From contig CM102284.1 of NCBI GenBank assembly GCA_046563655.1, positions 9,300,001 to 9,335,372 on the forward strand: a stretch of DNA of 35,372 nt, in the 5' to 3' direction. A program made the position numbers and the translations under genes. The stretch comes from Yuukianura sp. NJ FZ-2021 (taxonomy: Eukaryota). The notes under the pieces are model-generated. The model searched no databases. It was not told the origin of the DNA and saw only the letters and a list, made by a program, of their open reading frames with translations. Positions 1 through 13,774 of the stretch are shown here, one piece after another. Numbering within the stretch: position 1 is the stretch's first letter; the number at the start of each line of letters is the position of its first letter.

Positions 1-649
1 CGCTGTTCAGATTTTTTAAGCGGGGAATAAATTTATTTGCTCAGATACAAATGTAAAGGATGATGTTTCAAAACGATTTATACTTTAGTACAATTTAGTA
101 ACTGTTCACCGATTGTTTCTAATAAATCAGCAATATAATTATAAGTAATTAAATTATGTGATTAACTTTGAGGTGTAGTAATTATAATTAATTGAACAAG
201 TAACTTTGAAGTTAATTGCTTCCCGTGTGCTGCCACCTGCTGAAACAAATTCAAATTTTTTGAATTGAGAAATTTAAATTTTTTCCCGCCACTACCTCCC
301 CACCCAGAGGAAAAGGAGTGAGGGGGAAAAAGGGGTAACCTTTCTGTTTCGCATAATCTCCGCATAGGATTCGGCCAAAATCGAGGGTCCACTTTTAAGA
401 GAACAGTCTGCACGACACGCAAAAATACACGCTAATCACACTGTGACATTACACGAACCGGCACTTACTGTCACCCTACGCTAACTTATATTCTTGTTTA
501 CATGGCGTATTCTGACTGTCGTCTCCTCAATTGTAATTGTTAATTAATTAAATAATTAAAACTAATTTAGTCAGAGTCAGAGACATAATAGACGTGGACG
601 AGACGACACCCAAGCCAGCGGACCAGGACCAGGACGGTAGACTTTGACC

Positions 650-2260
650 ATGGATGGAGACAGGGAATGGCTCAACGTAAGTTGTCAATTTCGTGACGAT
701 TCTAGTAAAATGTGACATAAAATTGACTCTTAACTTAATTCATCATTTTTAATCTGTGCAGGAAGACTTCAAGACTTGCAAGGCCGCAGTGACTCTGTGC
801 TTGAAAGAACTGAATCGAGATGAAGACTTGCCAGCTGGCAGTATCCTCCAAGTCCAAAGTGTGACCAATGTCTCCATTCCGCTCAAGTCGCAGTCCGAGG
901 TACGACAGGACTACGATCCAAAACAACACATTCTCAAGATTGCGTTGACCGATGGGAAGGAATCTGCATGCGCCATTTTATACGAACCACACAGTAAACT
1001 AAGGTAGACGATCTCAAGACGTCACAAGAACGTCAACTACAAAACGAATATTCGATTTTCATTCGTCTTTTTGGTTTTTCCAGTGTCGATACCCCTCCTG
1101 GAACCAAAATCCAAGTAGTCAAGGGTATCCCGTTCGGTCCCACCCGCATTCTCAAGTTTACTCGATCGAATGTTGAAGTGCTTGGTGGATTGGTTGAGAA
1201 GTTAGTTGAACATTGGAAGGTTCAGAAGGAACATGACCGCAAAAGTGCCTGGGGTAAACTCATCACTAATCCGGGTGACGATGGACCACCGAAATTCAGA
1301 CCATTCAATCCCCGCGGAAGAATTCCCACGATTGGCAATGTGGATTTGAGAAAAGCCAAAGTGAGTAACTTTTGTTTAAATTGGAGTTAATCTAAGAAGT
1401 AATTGATTGATTTGTGTTAGGCAATGGATTTACTGGAAGAAGTGAAGGCCAAATCAGAACAAGCCCAGGGAAAAAGTGAATCCAAAACTGAATTTGACTT
1501 GCAACGACAAGAAGCCATTTCGGATTTGGCCAAACATGCCAACAAGAAAACGTTTTCGGTTTCAAAACAGTTTCCGCAGGTGACTGAACATTGCATGTCC
1601 GATTTACCATGGTTAACTAAAAATCTAGACATCATAAGTTGACCAAATCATTTCATTTTTCAGAACGAGCCGCAAGTTCAGCCACCAGCTCCAACCGTAA
1701 AACGGGAACGAACGACCAGTTATCAAAAATGTACCGACGATCCCGGTCAAGAACCGAAACCACGGTTTCAAAGTCGGAAGTCCAAGATGGAAGAGGATCA
1801 ACTGCTGGCCCAGTATACTTACCGTGGTGGTCAACATTCTCTTATGGAACATCTCTCAGATTTTCTAGGAAACAACAGTTCAGCCTCTGATAATCGAAAC
1901 ACATCAACAGATATTGATTCCCTTTCGAATCAATTTGGAAGACTGGATACCCGGAACAACGATTACTCTCAAGGATCTTCACACACTTTCTACCGTGGTG
2001 GAAATCGTGCAAGAGGCGGTGACTTTCGGAACTTTTCATCGCGTCAAGATTCTCGACAGGATGATTACCGCGATGACCTCAGAAGTCACGGATTTCGCGG
2101 ACATCGAGGAAGAGGTGGACGCGGAAGAGGGCGTGGACGTGGATCTTACCAAGATTACCGACAAGACTCAGCTCCAAAAACTACTGCCAGTACTTATGTC
2201 CCTGACTTGTCTTCCTTTCCTACACTGGGTGTGGATGCGCACTATACGCAGCGACACTGA
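650..2260 (+). CDS. TDRD3: TDRD3-like protein (RMI1-type OB fold plus RGG tail; no Tudor/UBA seen). Exons approx. 650-676, 762-1003, 1084-1360, 1421-1579, 1664-2260
   Basis: GT-AG exons join in frame. Motifs ILQVQSVTNVSIP, LKIALTDG, SVDTPPGTK, VLGGLVEKLVEHW, GPPKFRPF and EFDLQRQEAI match the TDRD3 N-terminal region. Confidence 0.8.
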
Positions 2261-2741
2261 AACATCGATGCGCACTATACGCCAAAACACTGCAAAAAGT
2301 GTGACTTTTAGCTTTAGTTTTTAATGTAAGACTAATCTAAAACTTAACTTAGGTTAGTTAACTACGCTAAAATTAACTTTTAATGATAATTAAAAGTTGA
2401 TTGACTGCCTTAAGTGGGAGCGTGTGCCTTGGACCTGTTGCCCAATTTGCACAAAGTGTCCACTGCCCTCGTGCCACAAACTTTTATGAGTTATGGACTT
2501 ATCGAGTGGCCGACACCCTTTTCCTTTTGTTTTCCATTGCAAACTGCTTCTTTTTTGGCCAAACATCAAAACATGTTTGGATTGTTACAGTTTAAAAGTG
2601 TAAAATGAGGCAACAATGATCCACTAATTAGTAATTGATATGTAAGTATTCCATTAACATTCAACTTCTCAAGGATCAATTTACTAACAATTCCAAAATC
2701 AATCCAAATCTAATTTAGGCAGTTGACTCGACCTGATTTAG

Positions 2742-2748
2742 TATAAAA
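2742..2748 (+). promoter_or_regulatory. TATA box of cuticle protein gene
   Basis: TATAAAA about 25-30 nt upstream of Inr-like TCAGCA/TCACTC and 78 nt upstream of ATG 2820. Confidence 0.65.
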
Positions 2749-2819
2749 GGACTTAACAAAGTATCTACTCAGCATCACTCACTTCAAACAATTATTTACA
2801 AACTACAGAAAAAAGTACA

Positions 2820-3611
2820 ATGCAGCGGGTAAGCTAAAGTTTTTACAATTTTATTATAACTTCAACAGTTTTTATGGGTTTTCAAAATTTTGATTTGTTT
2901 TTTGAAAATTTCAGATCATCTTGACTTTGTGTTTGTTGGGTGTCAGCAGCGCCCAAATTTTGCAGCGTGGAGCTTATCCAGCACTTGGGCTCGGAGGAAT
3001 CCAGTACGCTTCGGCTCCAGCGATCCAGTATTCTTCTGCTCCAGCGATCCAGTACGCTGCAAGACCCGCAGCGATTCAGTATGCTGCTGCTCCAGCGATC
3101 CAGTATGCTGCCAGACCAGCTGCAATCCAGTACGCTGCAGCTCCAGCCCCAGTTGCTTACACCGCTGCTCCAGTAGCCGTCCGAAGTAAGAACTGAAATT
3201 CAAAACACTTTTTAGAAATCTTTGAAAATTTTTCGTTTTTTGAACATTTTTCGTTTTTTGAAAAGGTGAACCAGTATCATACCCTGCTTACTCTTTCGGA
3301 TACTCCGTCCAGGACGGTTTGACTGGCGACAGCAAAACTCACTCCGAAACACGCGACGGTGACTCCGTTTCTGGACAATATTCGCTCGTCGAACCAGACG
3401 GAGCTGTCCGAACTGTTACATACACTGCTGATTCAGTCAACGTAAATTTTCAAAAAAATACTTTTTTGAAAAAAAAATTGAATTTTGAATTTTTCAGGGA
3501 TTCAACGCAGTTGTTGACCGTAACGCTCCAGCCGCTGCTGCAGTCGTGGCTGCCCCCGTCGCTGCAGCTCCAGTCGCCTACTCAACTCCGTTCAGAAGCC
3601 GATTCTTCTAA
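2820..3611 (+). CDS. Cuticular protein, RR-2 (Chitin_bind_4). Exons 2820-2828, 2915-3185, 3266-3441, 3498-3611
   Basis: Signal peptide, AAP(A/V)/AIQYAA repeats, and extended R&R consensus [57 protein letters not shown]. Confidence 0.95.
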
Positions 3612-3929
3612 ATTTTCAACAAATGTTGCCAAATTCCTAAGATTTTACAATTTTATGGAAATTGAAGCTATAAATTAACTCATTCCAAAAACTTCTTTTT
3701 TTAAATCTTTCGTTTTTTTTTATTCGTTTTTTTTTTTGGAAATCTGAATCTGTTCAAACAGTGAGATCCGCATTATTGATCTTTTACCGACTTTCTCACG
3801 CTCTTACACCTTGTCTCCTCTTGGCTCTTTTTCAAAATCTATTTCAAAAGTTAAAAAAACATAGAAAGAAGTGGATTTCAGAATTTTGGAAACTCAATTT
3901 CGAAAATTTCAAAATTTTGAGATCCATCC

Positions 3930-5821
3930 ATGGTGCTTGTCAAATTCCTTTTCGTCCAAATTCTTTTCATTGCCAATTCCGTCCACTTTGGATCGAGTGT
4001 CAACAGTGTTTCAGATTCAGCACATTCAGGATCTTGTTCAAAAAACATCAGTCCTGATTTCAATTGCAGAAAACCGAAAAAGTAATTTTCAAAAGTTTAA
4101 AAAATTTTGAATTTCAAAATTTGCAAGGAGTTGACAAATATAATACAACCTAATTTTGGAAATTTTTCACTTGGGAAATCTTTAGATATTTTTTGTACGA
4201 CGTTAATCCAGGTGAAGGCTTTAATTTAAGACGAGACATTTACATCCGAGTGGCTCCACTCATTGCATCCCTCAACCAAATTGACCAAGCACATCAATGG
4301 ATACTGGCAAGTATTTTCAAAATTTCAAAAACGAAATTTTAGAAAAACTAAAATTTTGAAATTTTTTTAGGTCTTACCTCCCTGGGGAAGAATTCCGCAC
4401 TGGAAAGACTATGACTCGTTTTTCCCTTGGTCAGATTTCTTCGATTTAACGGAAATTCGGAAGTATATCCCAGCACTCGAACTGACAGAGTTCATTGATG
4501 GTAAGCTCAAAGGTCAAAGGTCAAAAAAGGTCAAAGGTCAATTACTAATTACAGTTTTAAATTACTTAATTTGCTAATTCCAGAGTTCGGACATGATTTG
4601 AAACCTAAGATTTCAGCAGTATTTCAGCTCCAACATTTTCCATTTGACCCGGCAGACAAAACTTGGTCAGAGAAAATCGAGCTGAACGTTACATGTGAAG
4701 ATCACTTTCCATACAAATGGTGAGTTACTAAAACCCAAAATTTTGAAATTTTGAGAATTTGAATGTATTGAAATTTTGAATTTTAGGAACGAAGAAACGA
4801 GAGACTTCAAGGGTCCGTTGTGGAAGTCCGGACTTAGAGCGGATGCTGCCAGTTGCATGTCGCTGCGAGGTCAAGCGTCCACTCTGACCAAGTTTCTGCT
4901 CAACACAAACTACTCGTAAAACTTAGTTTTTAATTAACAGAAGACTAATTAACTAAGTGTAATTAATTAAACTTAAGGTTAACTTAGATCCGTGATGTTT
5001 GATCGTGCCGAAGTGATTCTGTGGGATGACTACGGTGGAGTGAGTTGGTGGGCAGCTCGACGCAGTCTCAGATTTGCGCAGCATCTTAACCAAATCGCTG
5101 AAATGTACTTGGACGCTGTTGGTCAAGGAAACGCTGAAACGCTGGAACGACGCAAGGTCAAGTACGTCGCTGTTCATCTGCGCAGACGCGATTTCGTGTT
5201 CGGTCGCAGACGTTCCTTACTTCCTTCCGTGCAAGGAGCTGCCAAACAAGTTTTCCAAATTGCAAAAAGACTGAAACTGGACGCCGTCTTTTTGGCTACT
5301 GACGCACCTCACGATGGTAAATTTTTACTTTTAACTAAATTTTAGTTAAATTTCAACTAAATTTTAACTTTCAACTAAATTTTAGTTAAATTTTAACTAA
5401 AAATTACGTTCAGATGAGAGGAACACCTGAAATATTTTTATGATTCACTGTGACAGAATTCGAAGATTTTTCACTGGCCTTCAAGATTCTGCAAGAAGAT
5501 CACGACAGTCCAATTTTTCTGTTTAGTTTACACGAGAGTTCATCTTTAGCTGCCCTTGACCCCTTTTTGACCTCCGGAATTAAAAAGCTGAGTGAAGGTC
5601 AAAGGTCAATTGTGGATCAAATCATTTGCTCCACTGCTGAACATTTCACTGGAACTCCAGATTCTACTTTCACTTTAAGAATTTTCGAGGAACGCGAAAT
5701 CCTAGGATTTGATTCTGACTCTACTTTTAACTACTTGTGTCCAGACATGCCGGAAGAGGAAGACGTCTTCACTGAAATCATCGAATGCAAACAACCCACG
5801 AAATGGACAATCAAGGGCTAA
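3930..5821 (+). CDS. POFUT2: GDP-fucose protein O-fucosyltransferase 2 (multi-exon, includes one GC-AG intron)
   Basis: [86 protein letters not shown]-terminal hydrophobic signal. Confidence 0.93.
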
Positions 5822-6149
5822 TTAATCGATTAATGCATGGTTAATTGATTAATTCACGATTAATTCAACTCATACGTTGGTTGTTATTCACACAATCCAG
5901 AGTTTGTGGTAAAGTAAAGTTCCTAGGAAAAAGTGAACTTCTGTTGAAACAGTCTGTTTTAGATGGTTATACCAATAAACGTCCACTAAATACGTAACTA
6001 CTCAAGCAATTAAGTAATTACTGAAGTAATTATGCAATTATTGAAGTAATTAAGTAATTACTAATTAATCTACAACTAATTACTAGGATGGATTCAGTTG
6101 CCTGGAAGCTTGTGATATCGCGTGACCTTTGACCTCTCACTGAAGTTGC

Positions 6150-7103
<954 letters not shown>

Positions 7104-9028
7104 TTAGCTTTTTAGCACAAGTCTTATGACTTTTTAGCACTGATCTTATGACTTTTTTTTGAAAAATCACAAGCTTTCTGTTCCAAAATTTTCGAAATTT
7201 TGTAGATTGAAATCCCGGGTTTTGCTTTCACTCACTCCGAGTCGGAATTCGTGACTCTGACTTTTAAGTGAAGAGCAGCAGCTTTTTGCTGGTTTCGAAT
7301 TCTGAAGTTAGTAATTTTATGGTTTCTTTCGAAAAGGAGTTAAAAAGTGATGGAAAATGTGCTAGGTTTGCAATTTGAGTGAATTGGTAAGCACTAATTT
7401 TTAAATTGCTTTGTTTCTAAAATTGTGATATCATTTTATTAGTTAGCATTTCGTGATAGTTTCTAGTAATAAAACCACGACGGAAGATTTTGAAAAGCAT
7501 AGTTTTATGAAGTCGCATGTCGATATGGTTGATGAATGTTAGTTTTATGAATAGCTAGTTGATGATTTGAGTTTTAGGATGGAAATAAAGCAAAGGTCAC
7601 GAAGAGGTCACGGACATCCAAAGTAAAAGAAAAAGTTATGCAACCCCACCCTCCACGCGGCTTTTCAATCAACAAAAGTTTTTAATGCCGAATTCCTAAA
7701 TAACTGCGTCTCCAGAACATGAAACAGAAGTGGAGCAAAGGCTAATACTAATTTTGATTAAAAATTAACTACGCATACCCATCTTAAGTCTCAGTAATTA
7801 ACAAAGTGAATTAAAAGTCTCCGTAATTAACATAGGTATTAATTAAAAGTTTTATTAATTTGAAATTTAATTCAGCTCAACTTATACACAAAACGGCGTC
7901 AAAGTACAGCAACAAAAAATCCAACTTTTTAGAGGAACATTTTAGTAAAAGTTTTTTCAAATGGCAGTTTACTGAAACATGCTAAATTGAAAAGGAACAA
8001 ATTCAATTTAGCCAGTGACTAATTGACTTATTGTTTATTTTGAACTATTGAAGTGTTGTTTAAGCGTGACTAATTGATTTTGTAATCAATTGAATGATTA
8101 ACACAGTGGTCATTTGAAGGACTAAACAGAAGGATTTATCTCCTCAACGTTCCAACTGCATTGACTTTGAAACAGATCCTTATTGGTCTTGTGCTGGAAG
8201 CAGGTCAAGGTCACTCTAGAAGGTTCATGGTTAAAAGTTAATTGAATTGTCGTTGAACCATCGATTAATTCCTAGTTCATGGACAATTGACTTGAGGTTG
8301 GTCAGATCGTAGATCGTAGTGCTGTGGACATTGGGTTTGAGTGTATACAAGTTCCTTGTGTTTTCTTGTGGGATGAATCCAGTTAGGAATTAAATCATAT
8401 GACTTGAATGTCATCTTCTGCCTTGCTCCTCTAGAAGTGTCCATCTCATCTTGGATATCAACAAACTCCAAGTGTGTTCGTCATCAACGGACGACTCTCC
8501 CACAAGAGGAATCTTAAGTTCAAGTAAGTTAACACTCCGAGTACTACAAGGATTAGTCATATCTTGTTGTTCAGTCATTCAACTTTGTGTGTTTTCTCTA
8601 TGATTAAAAAGTAGGTCCTCCGAAATCCTGTTTAGCAACAATCCACTCAAACTTATACTTAAAACTTAAGTACCTACGCGGTAGCTACTGAAGGTCAACA
8701 ACAACGCACGCATAACATTTGCTAGTTGAGGTCATCGTCACCAGTCTCCAAAGTCACAAGAGGTATCATCTAATTCATTGATTGATTTATTAATTATGAG
8801 AATTAACATAACATTCTTAATTTGCACAGAATCGGGGAGATTTCGTGTTTACGTGGAGTCGTAGTTCATCAGCTGTTCGATTGGGCGACGTTAGAATATA
8901 ACGTGGGAACGTCGAAATCCAGAAGATATGTAAGTTGTGCTATGAGTCGATTGATTTGTTTATGTTCTAGTTTTGACTTATGATTTTTTCGGTTCATACA
9001 TAGATTAATTCTTAATTGAGACGTAACG

Positions 9029-10211
9029 ATGGCTTATTCGGAGCATGAAGACGAGGAAGGAGGAGAAAATCAGCCTTTGATCAAACCAGAATCCAGAGGA
9101 CCCGGGGCTGGAAGAGGTAAAGTTGCTAAACTTATTGAAGTAATTAGAAAAGTAATTGAAGGACTAACAATGACTTGTTAATTTAGATACTAATATCCCG
9201 GTTTCAGTTCCAGTCGAGGGAGGAGGTGGGATTGATCGTCAGCTGGAGTGGGTTTCTTATCCGTCGGGATCAGTCGTCAATTGTCGTGTGTGCCAAGCCA
9301 CGGTTGATATTAGTGATAAACAGGATCAACATGTCGTCAAATGCTCACAGTGCAATGAAGCTACAGTAAGAAACACTTTCTTTTCTTAAATCAATTAGCT
9401 TCAGTTGCTTAATTTTCAATTAAATTTTAGCCCATCAGAAATCCCCCTCCAGGGAAGAAGTACGTTCGTTGTCCTTGTAATTGCTTACTGATTTGCCGAT
9501 CCTCCAGTCAGCGCATCGCTTGCCCCAGACCAGCATGCAAACGAATCATAAATCTGGGTAAGTTGACAAATAACATTAATCATCGCTGCTCGTTGATTAG
9601 TTAATCGATTAATTCATGTTCAGTTGTCACTCTTTTCCGTTTTGCAGCTCCTTCGCCATCACTTCCAGCTGTACCATTGGGAATGGCACGCGTTACATGT
9701 GCTCATTGCAGCGATACATTCCTTTTCAATACACTCAACAACTCACTGGCTCGCTGTCCGCATTGCAGGAAACTGTAAGTAAACAGAGATGCAGAAATTA
9801 CATGCATGTCACTAAATCATTTGCAATCCAAAGGCAATGAATTACTCACAAGTTAATTAAGGTGCAAATACTAAATTCATCGCCTGACTGTTTTTGATTA
9901 GGTCCTCCGTAGGCGGAGACTTCAGCAGAAGCCGTGGAATAATTTACTTGGTTTTGGCTTTCCTATTTCTGGCAGTCGGAATCGGAGTAACACTCGGAAC
10001 TTATGCAGTAAACCACTCAATTACTCAATCTTTAGCTAATTAACTAAAAACGTAACTTTAATTAACTTTGAAATGTGTGTTGTAGGTGGTGGAGAAGAAG
10101 GGCGGACTGTTCGTTGTGTATGTTGGGGCCTTTGCAATTTGTATCTTCTTTTTCGTTCGATCCATTTACTATTTTACTATGAAGATCAGTCGAGTGGAAG
10201 GGCCCATGTAG
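9029..10211 (+). CDS. PIP4P1: Phosphatidylinositol-4,5-bisphosphate 4-phosphatase (TMEM55 family), multi-exon; not captured by the ORF track
   Basis: Spliced translation gives [61 protein letters not shown] (CX5R = CRSSSQR), LARCPHCRK and two C-terminal TM segments. Confidence 0.92.
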
Positions 10212-10933
10212 GCCCTTCAAACTTTCGTTCAGAAGTGAGGGTACTTGGGAAGAAGCTCTCTCTGTTCCCTTAGGTAAACAACTTGAGTTAAATATTTAGT
10301 TAATTATTAATCACCAAATATTTCCCTCCTCACAAACAAGCATGGAACTAATGCTGCTCCAAAGTTTACAACGGAAGGAACTTAGAAATAATAATTGTTC
10401 AGGGGCAAAATGAGGGAAACAATTGAGACTTTGGTGTAATTTCCTGCTAACTTTGTCTTTTGAGTTGGTTCGTAAATTAATTGAGAATAAATTGAACTAT
10501 TGAATGTGAAATGATGCTAAGAAAAGTAGAAAAGTATTTACTAAGTATTTTTTCAGTATTCTATCGATTGTGAATTTTAAGCACAAATATCGTTTTTTCC
10601 GCAGGAGGTTCTGCAGGAGTTCAGTCTAAAACATTTACAATATAAACGCTTTATGTCGCTGCCACGTTCGGAAATTCTCGGAAACTTCCGCAACAATTCT
10701 CGTATTCTACCATTTTCTAACTAATTTGTATAAGGAATCTCTGGAAAGAGGAAGGTTAACGCAGTTGAGCTCCAAAAAATAGATGAAGTGAAAAATATTT
10801 ACAACTTTAGGTTGTAAGAGGAAGAGGAGCATTAATTGAAACTAATTAAGATTAATCTAATTAATCTTTTTAACTTACGAATAATATTGAAGGGAAAGCG
10901 ATGATCCAGAAAAGAGTTGGAGCGAACTGGGAT

Positions 10934-13254
10934 TTAGTCAGTTGGTTCCTGTCCTGTTCCAGACAGAGTTGAAAGTTTGAGAATACTTTTCAATCCATCA
11001 AGTGTCACGACCGCTACAGAATTCAATTTACCATTTCCACTTCCACAAGTTCCGGGTGGAAGGATAATCGCCGCAGAATCGCTGATTGCGTCTGGAGTGC
11101 TGGAACCGGACGCTGCAACAGGCAAAGTTAGAGCAAGAGTACTGGAACTGCTGGATGCTGCAACTGGTCTAGTTAGAGCAAGAGTACTGGAACGGCTGGA
11201 TGCTGCTACTGGCCAAGGTAGAGCAAGAGTACTGGAACTGCTGGACGCTGCTACTGGCAAAGTTAGAGCAAGAGTACTGGAACTGCTGGATGCTGCTACT
11301 GGGCAAGGTAGAGCAAGAGTACTGGAACTGCTGGACGCTGCTACTGGCAAAGTTAGAGCAAGAGTACTGGAACTGCTGGATGGTGCAACTGGGAAAGTTT
11401 CCACAAAGTTATCCAGAGTGGCTTGAGTGAGAGTGGCAGTTGATGAGCGGCTTCGTTTTGGATTTTGAGAAGTAGCGGGTGAATCGTCACGCTGACGTTT
11501 GTTGTTCGTTTGAGCTCCGTTTGGCTGAGCAGCTTTTGCCTTTGACCGCGTCGTTACTCGGCAATTTTTGAACATTTCTTGCTTGAAGAGCTGTCGCCGT
11601 CGCTTATAGTCCGCTTCCTCCTCTGCTTGTAGTTGTAGAGCATACAGAAAGTCTGGATCTGGAGCAGTATCCTTGGCTTCAGCTCCTGTCGGCTCGGTTT
11701 CATCTTCCATTTCTTGGGGTTCCTAAAATTCAGCAGTTTCTATTAATCAAAGTTAAAATTTTGAAGAACTATAAAATTATCCTCAAATCCAAAGTAACTT
11801 AGGAAATACCCCGAAGGAAGTTGCAGCATTTGGGATGGTTTCCGTGGAAAAAGTCACAGTTGAAGTCACGTTCGGCAATTTGGTAACAATTTTGGCAGCA
11901 TTTCCATTTGGTTGAGCAGCATTTCTATTACTTCCAGTAGTAGCATTTCCTGTTGCAGAGCCAGTAGAAGTTGAAAGAGGTGGTGGATCTTCACCAGTTG
12001 AGCCACCAGTCTGCGTTATTCAGAAAACAGAAATCAAGTTTTGATTATCAAAAGTGACTTTTTGAGTTAGTTCTTTTTTTTAATTTTTGATGTTACCTGA
12101 TTGTCGTCGAGAACAATCCTTTCAGCGGAAGTTGATGTAGCAGTGGCTGATGGAAAGCTGAGTTTCCTTTGCTTAGGCTTTGGCTTTGAAAGTCTCATGA
12201 CTCCTGATCCCGAAAAACGCGGTCTGTTGTACGTCGGTGTGGCATCTTCTTCAGCTTGAAGGCGTCTGGCAAATTCCTCATCTTCTTCCAGCGATGAGGC
12301 ACTCTGAACGGGTGGAAGTGGCCCTTCTTGTTCCTGAAAGAGGAAAAGAGTGTCATGATATCCACAATCCACATTTAACAATTACCAATCCAACTTACTT
12401 CCATCTTCCTGATCAACTCCATGGATTCGCGTTCTTCTATTTGACGCTCGCGTTCCAGCTCTTCGTTAAGTCTCTGTTGTTCTCGTTCCAAATCAGCCAA
12501 AATTTCTCCTGGACGAACCAACACACCATCCAGAACTACTGGCTTCACAGGACTCAGGCAAAGTTGAGTGTCTTCCCCATTTTGACGAGCAGCAACCCGT
12601 GCTGGAAACTTTTGACAAAATTCATTATTCAAAAGACAATCAAAACGTATTATTTTCGTTCCTTACCACTTCCTGGATTTTGGTCCAAAATGGGACGTTG
12701 ATGAAAGTTTTGTCCTTGGAAGCATTTCGATTCCAAACTGACAGCCGAGTTCGGCAACTATGACACTGCATAGAGGCTTTGGCAATGCTCTCCTTGTGAC
12801 ATGCCAAACAGGAGGAATGACCACAAGGATAAGTGACTGGCTCAATGAACAGGTCCATGCAAATGGGACACTTGACGTCTTCCCAGGTCAGATTCTAAAA
12901 CAAAAGTAACTAACTCAGCATTGATTAACAATTGTAAAGCAATTGAGTACTTACGTCCAGCGGAATGTTGATCTCCTTCTTCTTCCTTTTGGATTCTTTG
13001 GAATGCTTTGGTTGTGGTCCCGATTTTTTGCTCGGTCTCCCTCGACGTCTTGTCCCATCTCCGCGGCCCTCTTCTTTAGCATGAATGGACGAACTAGAAT
13101 CGTCATGGGACGTCCCATTGTCATGATGCACAGCTGAATCTTGGTGGCCATTTGTCAATGTTTCCTGTGGACTGGGTGGGCCCTTAACTGCTGCTATAAC
13201 GTCCACGTCAACTAGAATGGCCTCATTATCTGTTTCTGGAGTGGCGATCTCCAT
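10934..13254 (-). CDS. RNF168: RNF168-like E3 ubiquitin ligase (RING, UMI/MIU motifs), multi-exon
   Basis: RING CPICMDLFIEPVTYPCGHSSCLAC..CHSCRTRLSVW; PGEILADLERE..EERESMELIRKM; MIU-like DEEFARRLQAEE and DFLYALQLQAEEE followed by an LR-motif-like RVTTRSK. Start and last exon are less certain. Confidence 0.8.
11100..11399 (-). repeat. Coding minisatellite, 45-bp unit (15 aa, PVAASSSSSTLALTL), about 6.5 copies with 90-bp alternation
   Basis: GAGCAAGAGTACTGGAAC recurs at 11131, 11176, 11221, 11266, 11311, 11356. Confidence 0.95.
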
Positions 13255-13774
13255 TGTTCTTTCGACTGATCTTAAGATTCTTAACCGATCATTAGCCTTC
13301 CTCCTTGGGCTTGTCCCTGGAAAATTCACATGTAATCATCAAGTTATGCACTTAACAAAGCTCAACATCTGCAAGTTTAACTACACTTACCAACGTTGGA
13401 ACAGTATGACGTTTGACCTTCCTTTCACTATGTTCAGGGCCAAGGTCAAAGGTCAACGAAGTTAACAAACCAATAAACCACCAATTGTCACACAAAGTTC
13501 AACAGAACCGGCGAAAAAATAACGAATCTTCTGTTGTTGTTTAACATGTGATTTCAATGAGAAAAAAAAGTACATTCGCTTGGCTTTTTTTTCTATACCG
13601 GGCTTTTATAATCCGTGATGTGGCATTCAAGCATTGCAATTTGCAATGTGAAAATCAGTGTCCAGTAATTCATAAAATTAATTGATTTATTAGAATCTGT
13701 TAATTAATGAGCTAAACATTCTCAGTTAACTTTGATTTCATAAACATTTCCCGTACAAAGACATAGACCCAATA

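Noticed and set aside
8277-8516. 64-aa minus-strand ORF between FOLR and TMEM55
   Set aside because: No recognisable motif or supportable exon structure; a small gene or pseudogene fragment cannot be excluded without RNA-seq.
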